In this document: positions 54,878 through 63,030 of the stretch, piece after piece
Layout of the letters: every line of letters starts with the position of its first letter
How positions within the stretch are numbered: the first letter of the stretch is position 1
Virus record (IMG/VR): IMGVR_UViG_3300017917_003612
Coordinates: 14,549-78,548 of that record
From: a virus
Reading direction: 5' to 3' (one strand)
Length of the DNA stretch: 64,000 bases
Translations under genes and position numbers: made by a program
Notes under the pieces: model-generated
Seen by the model: only the letters and a program-made list of their open reading frames with translations
Database searches by the model: none
What the model was told of the DNA's origin: nothing

Positions 54878-56230
54878 TTAGGTTATTTCTTCCCAGTTCA
54901 TAGAAGCAAATATATCCAGATTATTGCCAGTAGATTTAACACACAAAGTAAATTCAACAGCATTAGCTGTAAATGGGTTGCGTTCTAATTGATAAAAGAA
55001 AGGCACAGGTGCCAAAGATGGAGTAACACTAGTTTGATTTGAAGCAGCTATGTATCCGGTTTCTACGTTGCCTTGAAACTGTGGCCCAGTGAATGAAATA
55101 CTGGTGCCTGACAAATTGTACTGCACCGAACTGTTCACTCCAAAGTCAGTCCAAGTACCACCGGCGGTAACACCACCTACCACAATGAAATATTGAAAGT
55201 TACTGGCTGCGGTTACTGCGATGCTGAAATTTTTTGGTGTTACAATAGCATTCAATCTGTCCGGTCTTAATCTAATGCTCATCACAGGATAAAGCACATT
55301 TGGTGTAGACAACTGATACGGCGAACTCAATTGATGGCCCACGCTGTGTGGTCTGCCAAATATTTCGTAGCCGCCTTCGCTCACAATACTTGTACAAATC
55401 TGTTTGAGAGTGGAATTGCTCTGTGTAGGTCCGGTGTTTACAATTTCGCTACGCACCGGCAAACAGGCTGTGGTCATGTAAGTGGTGTTTATGAGATTGG
55501 CATGATCAAAACTGTGACAATGAATAAATTCACCATCAATGATGAAGCCAATTCTTACTGTGCCAACACCCAACCATTCAACATCGGCCCACATGATCTG
55601 TGCTTTGCTGATATCTATGACTTTGGTTGATGTGCCGGTACCATTCAATGGATCCACATTCCAATTGGCCTGCGTGACTTTATCTTCAGATATTGTGCCT
55701 GAGCTGTTGGATCTTATTACCCAACTCAAAGTGGAATCAGCCAGTTCTAAAAATATTCCGTTTTGTGCATCAAAGTAACCATTGCGCTGAGTAAGATTAG
55801 CTTGTGCCGGAGCAAACACAAAACTACGCATGATCTGTAAACTTTTGGCCGGTTGATAAGCAAACACTCGATTGCTTTCTCTTGTGACCGAGTCTCCGCT
55901 ACTTGTGCCTACACGCATTTCTACCAATGCTGCATTGGCATTGAAAACCACCGAACCGCCGCCAACTATGTTGTTACTGCTTTTGGCATAGTCAATATAA
56001 TATCTATGAAAATTGTCATGTAAAGTATAGGGCGAGCTTATTCTCAATCTACCAAATGCATCGTTGGCCGTTACCGCTGCCCCGGAAGTAGTTCTAATAA
56101 CCGGTTGTCCTAACTGGTTGTACTCCATGGCTCGATGGAGATCTAATAGGTTAGTTTCTTGTGGATGATCGTAGTTGGTAGTGTTTAGTCTGCGGTCACC
56201 TCTACCAGGCGATGGTGCTTTATATACCAT
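54878..56230 (-). CDS. Probable structural protein, beta-rich
   Basis: DAFGRLRIS, YQPAKS, EWLGVG, terminal WEE. Confidence 0.65.
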   Translation of the reverse strand: MVYKAPSPGRGDRRLNTTNYDHPQETNLLDLHRAMEYNQLGQPVIRTTSGAAVTANDAFGRLRISSPYTLHDNFHRYYIDYAKSSNNIVGGGSVVFNANAALVEMRVGTSSGDSVTRESNRVFAYQPAKSLQIMRSFVFAPAQANLTQRNGYFDAQNGIFLELADSTLSWVIRSNSSGTISEDKVTQANWNVDPLNGTGTSTKVIDISKAQIMWADVEWLGVGTVRIGFIIDGEFIHCHSFDHANLINTTYMTTACLPVRSEIVNTGPTQSNSTLKQICTSIVSEGGYEIFGRPHSVGHQLSSPYQLSTPNVLYPVMSIRLRPDRLNAIVTPKNFSIAVTAASNFQYFIVVGGVTAGGTWTDFGVNSSVQYNLSGTSISFTGPQFQGNVETGYIAASNQTSVTPSLAPVPFFYQLERNPFTANAVEFTLCVKSTGNNLDIFASMNWEEIT

Positions 56231-56233
56231 AAA

Positions 56234-56656
56234 TTATACCCAAGGCCTACCCAATATCAATCCGTTGGGCTGTGGATTGTCTACCACGTTGTTGCCACTG
56301 TACTGTGTAGGTAATTCTGTAATATCATAAGTTGATCTTGGATTACCGTCTGCTGCTCGATCCAGTTCACTCAAATCAAGTTTGGCCACTTGCTTGAGCT
56401 GTTTGGTGGCCAATCGATCAATTACATTGGCAGTTCTCAAAGTAACATTTGTATTGATACCATAAGATGCCAAAGTGGCACTTTCGTTGGTCAGCACTGC
56501 ATTGTTGTATACCAATTTGTACCAACTGCTATCCCAATTGGCTGTGGCATTTATTGTGGCTTTGACCTGTGTCACTGTGTTGGTAGTGTCCACGTTGTAT
56601 GAATTGTATACCGCTGTGTTTAATAGGCTTTGTACGGAAATGGTAATAGCGGCCAT
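56234..56656 (-). CDS. Ubiquitin-like (beta-grasp) domain fused to a small C-terminal domain
   Basis: Residues 4-76 align by eye to ubiquitin: TVTQVKATI, KLVY, TLASYGI, TL. Confidence 0.7.
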   Translation of the reverse strand: MAAITISVQSLLNTAVYNSYNVDTTNTVTQVKATINATANWDSSWYKLVYNNAVLTNESATLASYGINTNVTLRTANVIDRLATKQLKQVAKLDLSELDRAADGNPRSTYDITELPTQYSGNNVVDNPQPNGLILGRPWV

Positions 56657-56658
56657 GA

Positions 56659-56961
56659 TTACATCCTTGCTTGCCAGCCCGGGTACATACTGGGCGCATT
56701 GGTTCTAATGTCTGCGGGATTTTTGCTGTGATGTACATCATCGCCAGCTGGAAATGCTGCTGTCACAGGCGCAACTATTTCTGTGGGTGTATTGGCATAT
56801 TCTGCGGTATCACAATCCAAGATACCTGCTAGACGCTGCATGTCGGCCATTTCTTGTTCGGGTGTAACATCAACAGCTACAGCTATAACAGGCTCGGGTT
56901 CGGGTGCGTCAGCTTGGTCAATTACGTCTAGTACGCCGCGGATAATATCGGTGATCTTCAT
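56659..56961 (-). CDS. Hypothetical acidic protein
   Basis: TAAATA 5 nt upstream; YANTP, SKNPADIR. Confidence 0.7.
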   Translation of the reverse strand: MKITDIIRGVLDVIDQADAPEPEPVIAVAVDVTPEQEMADMQRLAGILDCDTAEYANTPTEIVAPVTAAFPAGDDVHHSKNPADIRTNAPSMYPGWQARM

Positions 56962-56975
56962 ACGAATATTTAGTC

Positions 56976-57000
56976 AAAAAAAGCCCGCACTAGGCGGGCC
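56976..57000 (-). terminator. Rho-independent terminator
   Basis: GGCCCGC-CTAGT-GCGGGCT followed by a T run. Confidence 0.85.
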
Positions 57001-57027
57001 AAATACTTCATAAGGAGCACTACAAAA

Positions 57028-57315
57028 CTACTGCACTACATAATTTTCCATTTCAAAATATGTATTACCACGCTCAATACTGGCTTCAATTACGTCATCC
57101 CAGTCGCCTGCTGCTTCATTACCAAAACGGTTCTCAGCTGCAATTTCTATAGCGTTAACTAGTATGAGTAAAGCTTCCCGATATTCGTTGTTTTCAATTT
57201 CGCTAATACTTTCGCGCATGTAATCAACCAGGGCTTCCATTTGCTCCATATTTAAATCTGTAATAGCCACACGGTCAGCAAGAATATCGTCTACCAAGTT
57301 TTCCACAGTCATCAC
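57028..57315 (-). CDS. Hypothetical acidic protein
   Basis: 95 aa; AGGAG SD. Confidence 0.65.
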   Translation of the reverse strand: MMTVENLVDDILADRVAITDLNMEQMEALVDYMRESISEIENNEYREALLILVNAIEIAAENRFGNEAAGDWDDVIEASIERGNTYFEMENYVVQ

Positions 57316-57500
57316 AGGCTCCTGATGTAATCGATCACTTCACGAGCTTCTGGAAAACCTTGACCTTCTTTTATAGCAACTGCATATTCAATCATTTGTA
57401 TTTGCATTTCATGTAGTTCGGCGCACACTACATCAATAATCTGTCGTTTACGATTGAAACTGTACTTGGTCGAACGATAATATTGATTGCTATAATCCAT
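57312..57500 (-). CDS. Hypothetical protein
   Basis: 62 aa; AAGGAG SD. Confidence 0.6.
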   Translation of the reverse strand: MDYSNQYYRSTKYSFNRKRQIIDVVCAELHEMQIQMIEYAVAIKEGQGFPEAREVIDYIRSL

Positions 57501-57510
57501 CTTAATCTCC

Positions 57511-57717
57511 TTAGTCAGGTGCTACACCTGGGTCAACAGTTTTACCTTCATAATGTGCTTGGGTTACGCAAATTGTTTCCAGACGAAAACGCTTGAGACC
57601 GTCGAAGCGAGCTGCTTGACATTGTTTCTTAGAAGCATAAGGTCCTACTGCAACTTTTTCTACAAACTGTCCACTAGTGGTATAAATCATTACTACAAGA
57701 ATCCAACTGGTGCTCAC
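57511..57717 (-). CDS. Small two-Cys protein
   Basis: WILVVMIY...PYASKKQC...TICV; AGGAGG SD. Confidence 0.65.
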   Translation of the reverse strand: MSTSWILVVMIYTTSGQFVEKVAVGPYASKKQCQAARFDGLKRFRLETICVTQAHYEGKTVDPGVAPD

Positions 57718-57862
57718 ACTGCCTCCTGTTTGCGATGTTTAGGCTGCCGCTTGAATTTTTGTTTGTTCTCTACTGTGCGACTGCGAAACGGTGAACCATT
57801 CTCAAACAAAACACGATGTGCTCGAGTTTTTTGATAAGGTACTTTAAGTATCTTTTTCATGA

Positions 57863-58252
57863 TTAGATATTTACTGCTTCTTTGTGTACTGTGAATCGAT
57901 ACAGTGCATTGCACTCTAAAATAAACTGTTCGCCTACATCCATGCTCACATAATTGGTACCTTGCATACCCATTTCGCTATAGCTTACATCAAGGATGGC
58001 GTCCGGGCTAAATCCTATAATATTTTCCATACAAGTCAGGAAACTGTGCTTCCACATCATGTCGGTGTAGATTAGGCCATCTGTGTCCACATCCCATTCT
58101 TTGGGATCAAAGTAGGCACGAAGTTCACCAAAGTCACCCTCGTCACTAACATAGGCCAAACGCACACGATTGATTGGTACAGTTTTAACAGTCTTAGACC
58201 AGTAGCCCTTGCCATCAGTAAGGGTCATAAAATTTACCAGACGATCAAACAT
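57863..58252 (-). CDS. Hypothetical phage protein
   Basis: TDGKGYWS...GELRAYF...GLIYTD...YSEMGMQG. Confidence 0.75.
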   Translation of the reverse strand: MFDRLVNFMTLTDGKGYWSKTVKTVPINRVRLAYVSDEGDFGELRAYFDPKEWDVDTDGLIYTDMMWKHSFLTCMENIIGFSPDAILDVSYSEMGMQGTNYVSMDVGEQFILECNALYRFTVHKEAVNI

Positions 58253-58402
58253 TATTTTGCCTCCAACTCTTGGATTTGTTTGTAAAGTGCCCAACGCTGT
58301 TGGTCAATCTTTGCATTGGTTTCTTCATCAAAGCAACCAGCCTGCTCATCCAAGTGTATAAGCTCTTCGTACAGAACATCAATCAAATTTTGGTCGCCCA
58401 TA

Positions 58403-58591
58403 TTATTCTCCTGTCATTTCCAAATGGCGCTTCAAAAACTCTTTACGGTGCTCTTCACGAATCTTTACAGGATCCAACGGCTCGGGTTCGTTGAATATTT
58501 GCTCTCTAGCAACCCTGGGACTGATTACACCAACAATCATAACCAGCAGGCCTAGAAATATCATACCCAGTCTATCTGTAATCGGCTTCAT
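58403..58591 (-). CDS. Small TM protein
   Basis: Single hydrophobic segment. Confidence 0.55.
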   Translation of the reverse strand: MKPITDRLGMIFLGLLVMIVGVISPRVAREQIFNEPEPLDPVKIREEHRKEFLKRHLEMTGE

Positions 58592-58593
58592 AA

Positions 58594-58866
58594 TTATTTC
58601 CGATCCATAATGTAAGTGAACAAAACCCACTTGGCACGGTTCAGCTGTTGACGAGCATCTTCGGCTCGCATAAAGTCGACTTCACCGTATTCGGTACTGA
58701 CCATTTCCTGTGCATCACTCATCATAGACGCAACAACCATGGCAGGACCGCTGAACCGGAAAGTGGAACTGGACTCTACTGCTTCACGCATCTGCGCTTC
58801 GGTGCAACCGTACATTGAAACTTGGCGGATTTCTTGCGTAGTAAGACCTTCGAATGCTGTTCTCAT
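58594..58866 (-). CDS. Hypothetical phage protein
   Basis: MYGC...SMMSDAQE...ARQQLNRAKW. Confidence 0.75.
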   Translation of the reverse strand: MRTAFEGLTTQEIRQVSMYGCTEAQMREAVESSSTFRFSGPAMVVASMMSDAQEMVSTEYGEVDFMRAEDARQQLNRAKWVLFTYIMDRK

Positions 58867-58955
58867 TTGTTACGCTCCTTATTAGTTACTATACCTATAT
58901 TATACAGAAATGGACCTTTTTGGTCTACCAAAATTGTGTTGCTATTTTAGCAATG
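58862..58955 (-). promoter_or_regulatory. Promoter-leader cassette, copy of 10466-10561
   Basis: TAGACC-17-TATAAT; 29-nt identical leader; palindrome at 58937-58955. Confidence 0.8.
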
Positions 58956-59020
58956 ATCGTTGTCGTCATTGTGGGCAAGATAAGCCCAAAAAATTATTAA
59001 CAAAATAACAACAAACCAAA

Positions 59021-59248
59021 TCATAACAATTTAACAACCAATCCAATTGTATAAATTGCAAGTAGTGTTGCATTTATAACAATAAGGCTCCACTCTTTCC
59101 ATTTTATTGCTACAATGAGCCACAAAAAGGCTCCCACATTTAGCAGAGCTGGTCCAAGTGGATAAATGTTTACAGAAGTACAAATGGCTCCCACAATTGT
59201 TACAAAAGTTGCAAGCCATTTAAGATAAAATGTAATGTCCTTTTTCAT
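59021..59248 (-). CDS. Small 3-TM membrane protein
   Basis: Three hydrophobic helices; ATG 6 nt after TAGACC-17-TATACT. Confidence 0.7.
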   Translation of the reverse strand: MKKDITFYLKWLATFVTIVGAICTSVNIYPLGPALLNVGAFLWLIVAIKWKEWSLIVINATLLAIYTIGLVVKLL

Positions 59249-59286
59249 GCTGTTAGTATAGCAAAAAGGATCTTTTTGGTCTACCG

Positions 59287-59508
59287 TTAGTGAATTGTTA
59301 AATCTTCGTTAAACTGCGAAAGATCAATGACCCCCAAAATTTTCATTATCTTTGCAATATTTTTTGGCGGTTTGTCAGGACATATTTCTGGAATGAAAGC
59401 ATATTTCAAATTACCGTCGGAGTCGAAGATAAATCCATAATCTTCTTCTCCGATGTCTTGGTAATCTTCTGCAACTTCTTGTATTTCAATTTCGGCTCGT
59501 TTGGTCAT
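59287..59508 (-). CDS. Hypothetical protein
   Basis: EDYGFIFDSDGNLK; AGGAGG SD. Confidence 0.7.
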   Translation of the reverse strand: MTKRAEIEIQEVAEDYQDIGEEDYGFIFDSDGNLKYAFIPEICPDKPPKNIAKIMKILGVIDLSQFNEDLTIH

Positions 59509-59539
59509 CGTAGCCTCCTGTTCTAAAAGTATTTATTGT

Positions 59540-59881
59540 TTACTTAAACAGGATGAGTGCCATTAGAACAGCTTGTACAACAAAACCAATACCAATTGTT
59601 ACAATATTAAGTAGATCTTTTAAGATAACTGCTCTACCAAATAATAATACTAATCCCAACCACATAAACAACACAACATCTACACTAGGTGTAGTGTCAG
59701 TCAGTCCTGTTAGCAAGGCCAATAGTGTAGGAATAGTAGCAGCATGTAAGGCGATAGCCGCTAGCCATCCCATAGTTTCTGCCGAAATTTTACTGAAGTG
59801 GGTAGAGAAAAACTCTACCACACTTGATTTGATACGATCAAAATCAATTTTGCTTGAATCAGTTTTAGTTGAATTTTCCAT
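59540..59881 (-). CDS. 3-TM membrane protein, PQ-loop/SemiSWEET-like
   Basis: GWLAAIAL..ATIPTL plus two further TMs. Confidence 0.55.
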   Translation of the reverse strand: MENSTKTDSSKIDFDRIKSSVVEFFSTHFSKISAETMGWLAAIALHAATIPTLLALLTGLTDTTPSVDVVLFMWLGLVLLFGRAVILKDLLNIVTIGIGFVVQAVLMALILFK

Positions 59882-59933
59882 TGTGGATTTTAATTTAGAG
59901 GTTGATGATAAAAGTGGCATTTACATATCCTGC

Positions 59934-60488
59934 TCAACTACCATAAAATATATGGCGCCCAATTTTGGCAATGGGTTTTTTACCCCACCCCGGTTGAACA
60001 TAGTCAGCATGATAATACATTGCATTTTTGAGACTGGGTAGTCTAAAATTTTCCAGTAACACTTTCTTGGCTGCTTCTTCACTTTCGCGATACAAAGGTT
60101 GGTAGATTGGACGTACTCTGTGAGTGCCATCGCAATACCACGAAAACTGACAAACAACTTTTGAATAGATTACATTCTTCTGATATACTACTGCACAGAC
60201 GTCATTGGGAAACTGTCCGCTGGCTGCGCGATTGAGTGTGACTTGAGCTACAGCAACTTTGCCTTCAAATGGTTCGCTGGCAGCTTCCCAATAAATGTTC
60301 TGCGTTAAGCATCGTAACTGGCGAGATCTTTCTTCTCCTGTTACCGGATGCACGGCAGCCATCTCAGCCTTCTCGGCCTTGAGTGATTCAAATTTGTTTT
60401 TGGTGACCTCTACCAAGGCGTATGTGGCTAACCACATACCAAAAACGATTGATACAAATTTTGCTACGTTAGGCAAATATTGTCTCAT
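59934..60488 (-). CDS. SleB-like cell wall hydrolase
   Basis: CLTQNIYWEA..EP..GKVAVAQVTLNR, CQFSW, YYHADYV, IGRHIFY. Confidence 0.92.
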   Translation of the reverse strand: MRQYLPNVAKFVSIVFGMWLATYALVEVTKNKFESLKAEKAEMAAVHPVTGEERSRQLRCLTQNIYWEAASEPFEGKVAVAQVTLNRAASGQFPNDVCAVVYQKNVIYSKVVCQFSWYCDGTHRVRPIYQPLYRESEEAAKKVLLENFRLPSLKNAMYYHADYVQPGWGKKPIAKIGRHIFYGS

Positions 60489-60630
60489 CTATTTTTCCCT
60501 CCTTCTTAAGGTTGTAGTTTTATATAACTTCATAATTTTTGAGAAAACAACTGCTTTAACCCCATAATAATGGTACATTATAACAATATTTCTGATTTTT
60601 TACAAGTTATATGGGTAGTTTATGAGCATT

Positions 60631-60894
60631 CTACCCTGCAATTACATTTGAACTTCCAGATGCTGTGTCTCCACATGAAGCTGCGTCACCGGCTCTAACA
60701 ACGCCAATTCCGTTGGCAAAAACTGTTTTACTTCCGACTACCATTGTTGGTGAAGCATGTGGTTCATCACCGTGATTGGCCACTGCATCACCAATGACAC
60801 TAACAGCCGCATTGTTTACAATCACAGATGAAACCCCTGGGCCAAGAATCTTTCCGCCAGCACTGTCAACATTTACTCTGCTGATTCCGGGCAT
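60631..60894 (-). CDS. PAAR-family spike tip protein (T4 gp5.4-like)
   Basis: GD...H...H...GSKTVFANG..VVRAGD..SCG..SGSSNV. Confidence 0.88.
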   Translation of the reverse strand: MPGISRVNVDSAGGKILGPGVSSVIVNNAAVSVIGDAVANHGDEPHASPTMVVGSKTVFANGIGVVRAGDAASCGDTASGSSNVIAG

Positions 60895-61205
60895 TAGGTT
60901 ATTATACTTCCTCTAGTTACCGGCTCTATACCGGTGGTAGTTTTGATATAATGTTTTTGCATTTGGTCAATACTTGGTGCATGCATCAAAACATGTTCTT
61001 TGACTAGCACAACATTTACATCCGCGTCAGCAGTGAATAAACTTTGAATCAATCCAATACCTTGTGGTCCGGGCATTACTGTGCATGGTTTTGATACTTC
61101 AAAGCCGTTAGGACCAGCATCAACAATTCGCGCTACAATTTCGTCGCCGGTAATCAATTTAAAACTGACAATGTCGCCTGCTTGATAACCTTTAGTAACT
61201 AACAT
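60894..61205 (-). CDS. Hypothetical phage protein (Sm-like)
   Basis: GDIVSFKLITGDEIVAR...YIKTTTGI. Confidence 0.75.
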   Translation of the reverse strand: MLVTKGYQAGDIVSFKLITGDEIVARIVDAGPNGFEVSKPCTVMPGPQGIGLIQSLFTADADVNVVLVKEHVLMHAPSIDQMQKHYIKTTTGIEPVTRGSIIT

Positions 61206-61206
61206 T

Positions 61207-61449
61207 TTAACCTTTCAATGATTGGAAAAATTCTTTTGGCTTGGAGTTTAGTCCGTTGAATCCACCAGGAATAAGTTCGTATCCGTGAAATATTTGCGGA
61301 ACACTTTTTAGTCCTTTATCTAACAACATCTGCCGCGATTCTGCATCGTTCTCGATATTAACTTCTGTGTACGGCACACCACGATTTTCTAATAATGCTT
61401 TTGCCCTATCGCAAAACGGGCAATTATTTTTTGAATATACAGTTACCAT
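61207..61449 (-). CDS. Glutaredoxin
   Basis: YSKNNCPFC...SVPQIF...GGF. Confidence 0.92.
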   Translation of the reverse strand: MVTVYSKNNCPFCDRAKALLENRGVPYTEVNIENDAESRQMLLDKGLKSVPQIFHGYELIPGGFNGLNSKPKEFFQSLKG

Positions 61450-61456
61450 AATTTTC

Positions 61457-62584
61457 CTATAAACTAAATCCCTTAAATGTATTGTTATCAACATCTTGTT
61501 TTGTACCGCCAATTACATAACTACTAATTTCTGTTTCCTGCGGAGCCACTTGCACCTCAGCACCAGCTATCCATTTTGCTGTCCATGGTAAAGGATTGCT
61601 ACCGGGCTTGATACCGCAATTCAAACCAACCGCTGTCATACGTTTACAGGTCAACCAGTCTACATATTGACTTAAAAGTTGCTCGTTTAGTCCAATCATG
61701 CTTCCGTCTTTAAACAAATAATGTGCCCAGGATTTTTCCTGTGCTGCTGCTGCCAAAAACATCTGTTCACATTCTGCACGAGTTTCTTCTTTAATAGAAG
61801 CATAATCAGGATCATCCTGTGGTAGCAATTTTAGTAGGGTTTGCGTGGACCCTAAATGTACGTTTTCGTCTCGTGCGATCAATTTAATGATCTTGGCATT
61901 GCCTTCCATCTTTTTCAATTCTGCAAACGCCCAACTACATGCAAAACTAACATAAAAACGTATGCCTTCTAGTGCATTGACTGAATTTAAACATAACCAC
62001 AGTTTTTTCTTTAAGTCGTACATATCAATAACAACTTCTTTACCATTCACAGTGTGTTGGCCTACTCCGAGTAAATTATAGTATTGTACTGTTTCTATCA
62101 AAGCATCGTAGTAACGACTAATATCTTTAGCACAATTTACAATCTCTTCAATGTCGGTCAGTTCATCAAACACTACACTAGGATCAGAATAAACATTGCG
62201 AATAATGTGAGTGTAACTACGACTATGAATAGTCTCGTTAAACGCCCAAGTCTGAATCCAAGTTTCCAGCTCAGGAATAGTAGCAATGGGCAGGAAAGCA
62301 AGGTTAGGACTACGGCCTTGAACACTGTCAAGAAGTATTTGTCGCTTAAGATTACTTGTAAAAATATGTTGTTCATGTTCTGTGAGTTCTTTGAAGTCTT
62401 TGCTGTCTCGAAGCACATCTACTTCTTCTGGCCGCCAAAAGAAGCCTAACTGTTTGTCTGTTAGTTTATCAAATTGTCTATACTTCAGTGTGTCGTAACG
62501 TTGTATTGGTTGTGCACCAGAAGGGTCTAAAAATGCCAACGATTCAGTATGCTTGTTCTTGTTACTGATATTAAAGACGCTCAT
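61457..62584 (-). CDS. nrdB: Ribonucleotide reductase class Ia beta subunit
   Basis: [43 protein letters not shown]. Confidence 0.97.
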   Translation of the reverse strand: MSVFNISNKNKHTESLAFLDPSGAQPIQRYDTLKYRQFDKLTDKQLGFFWRPEEVDVLRDSKDFKELTEHEQHIFTSNLKRQILLDSVQGRSPNLAFLPIATIPELETWIQTWAFNETIHSRSYTHIIRNVYSDPSVVFDELTDIEEIVNCAKDISRYYDALIETVQYYNLLGVGQHTVNGKEVVIDMYDLKKKLWLCLNSVNALEGIRFYVSFACSWAFAELKKMEGNAKIIKLIARDENVHLGSTQTLLKLLPQDDPDYASIKEETRAECEQMFLAAAAQEKSWAHYLFKDGSMIGLNEQLLSQYVDWLTCKRMTAVGLNCGIKPGSNPLPWTAKWIAGAEVQVAPQETEISSYVIGGTKQDVDNNTFKGFSL

Positions 62585-63021
62585 TATTTTTCCTGTACAT
62601 AAGTTTTTTCAAATATATCTTTCTTTACTACGCCGTAGTCTCCAGAACCATGTCTTACAATATAATCTTCACCGGCCCGATAATTTAGTGTTTCGCCCCA
62701 GCTTGTGGCTACGCTGCCGTCGTGATCTGCCAACTTAGCCAGCTTGATGATCTTTTTAGGATAGCACACTCCATTGCCAGCATCATCTTTTAGTTCGCGA
62801 AACTTTTCTGGAGGTATTGGATATTGTTCACCTTTGGGACCAGTGAGTATATAGTATCCCTTTTTATAGTTCACCGGACCTTCTAGTGTTTGAATAACTC
62901 CGTCGTCTTGTGCTATTTCATACCGTTCAGCGTTAGGCTGTTTGTAAGTTTTAAAAGCACCTTGACTGAACCATTCGTCTGTGATAGCTTGGTCTTCAAA
63001 TAAATTGATATATTTTCTCAT
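62584..63021 (-). CDS. Hypothetical two-repeat (PGDYG-like) protein between nrdA and nrdB
   Basis: TLEG..YILTG.KGEQYP and [16 protein letters not shown]; [10 protein letters not shown]-terminus. Confidence 0.65.
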   Translation of the reverse strand: MRKYINLFEDQAITDEWFSQGAFKTYKQPNAERYEIAQDDGVIQTLEGPVNYKKGYYILTGPKGEQYPIPPEKFRELKDDAGNGVCYPKKIIKLAKLADHDGSVATSWGETLNYRAGEDYIVRHGSGDYGVVKKDIFEKTYVQEK

Positions 63022-63030
63022 GACCATATT

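Noticed and set aside
60489-60575. Possible riboswitch in the ~80-nt leader of the SleB-like gene
   Set aside because: Only weak AT-rich pairing and no recognisable aptamer consensus; would need an Infernal search
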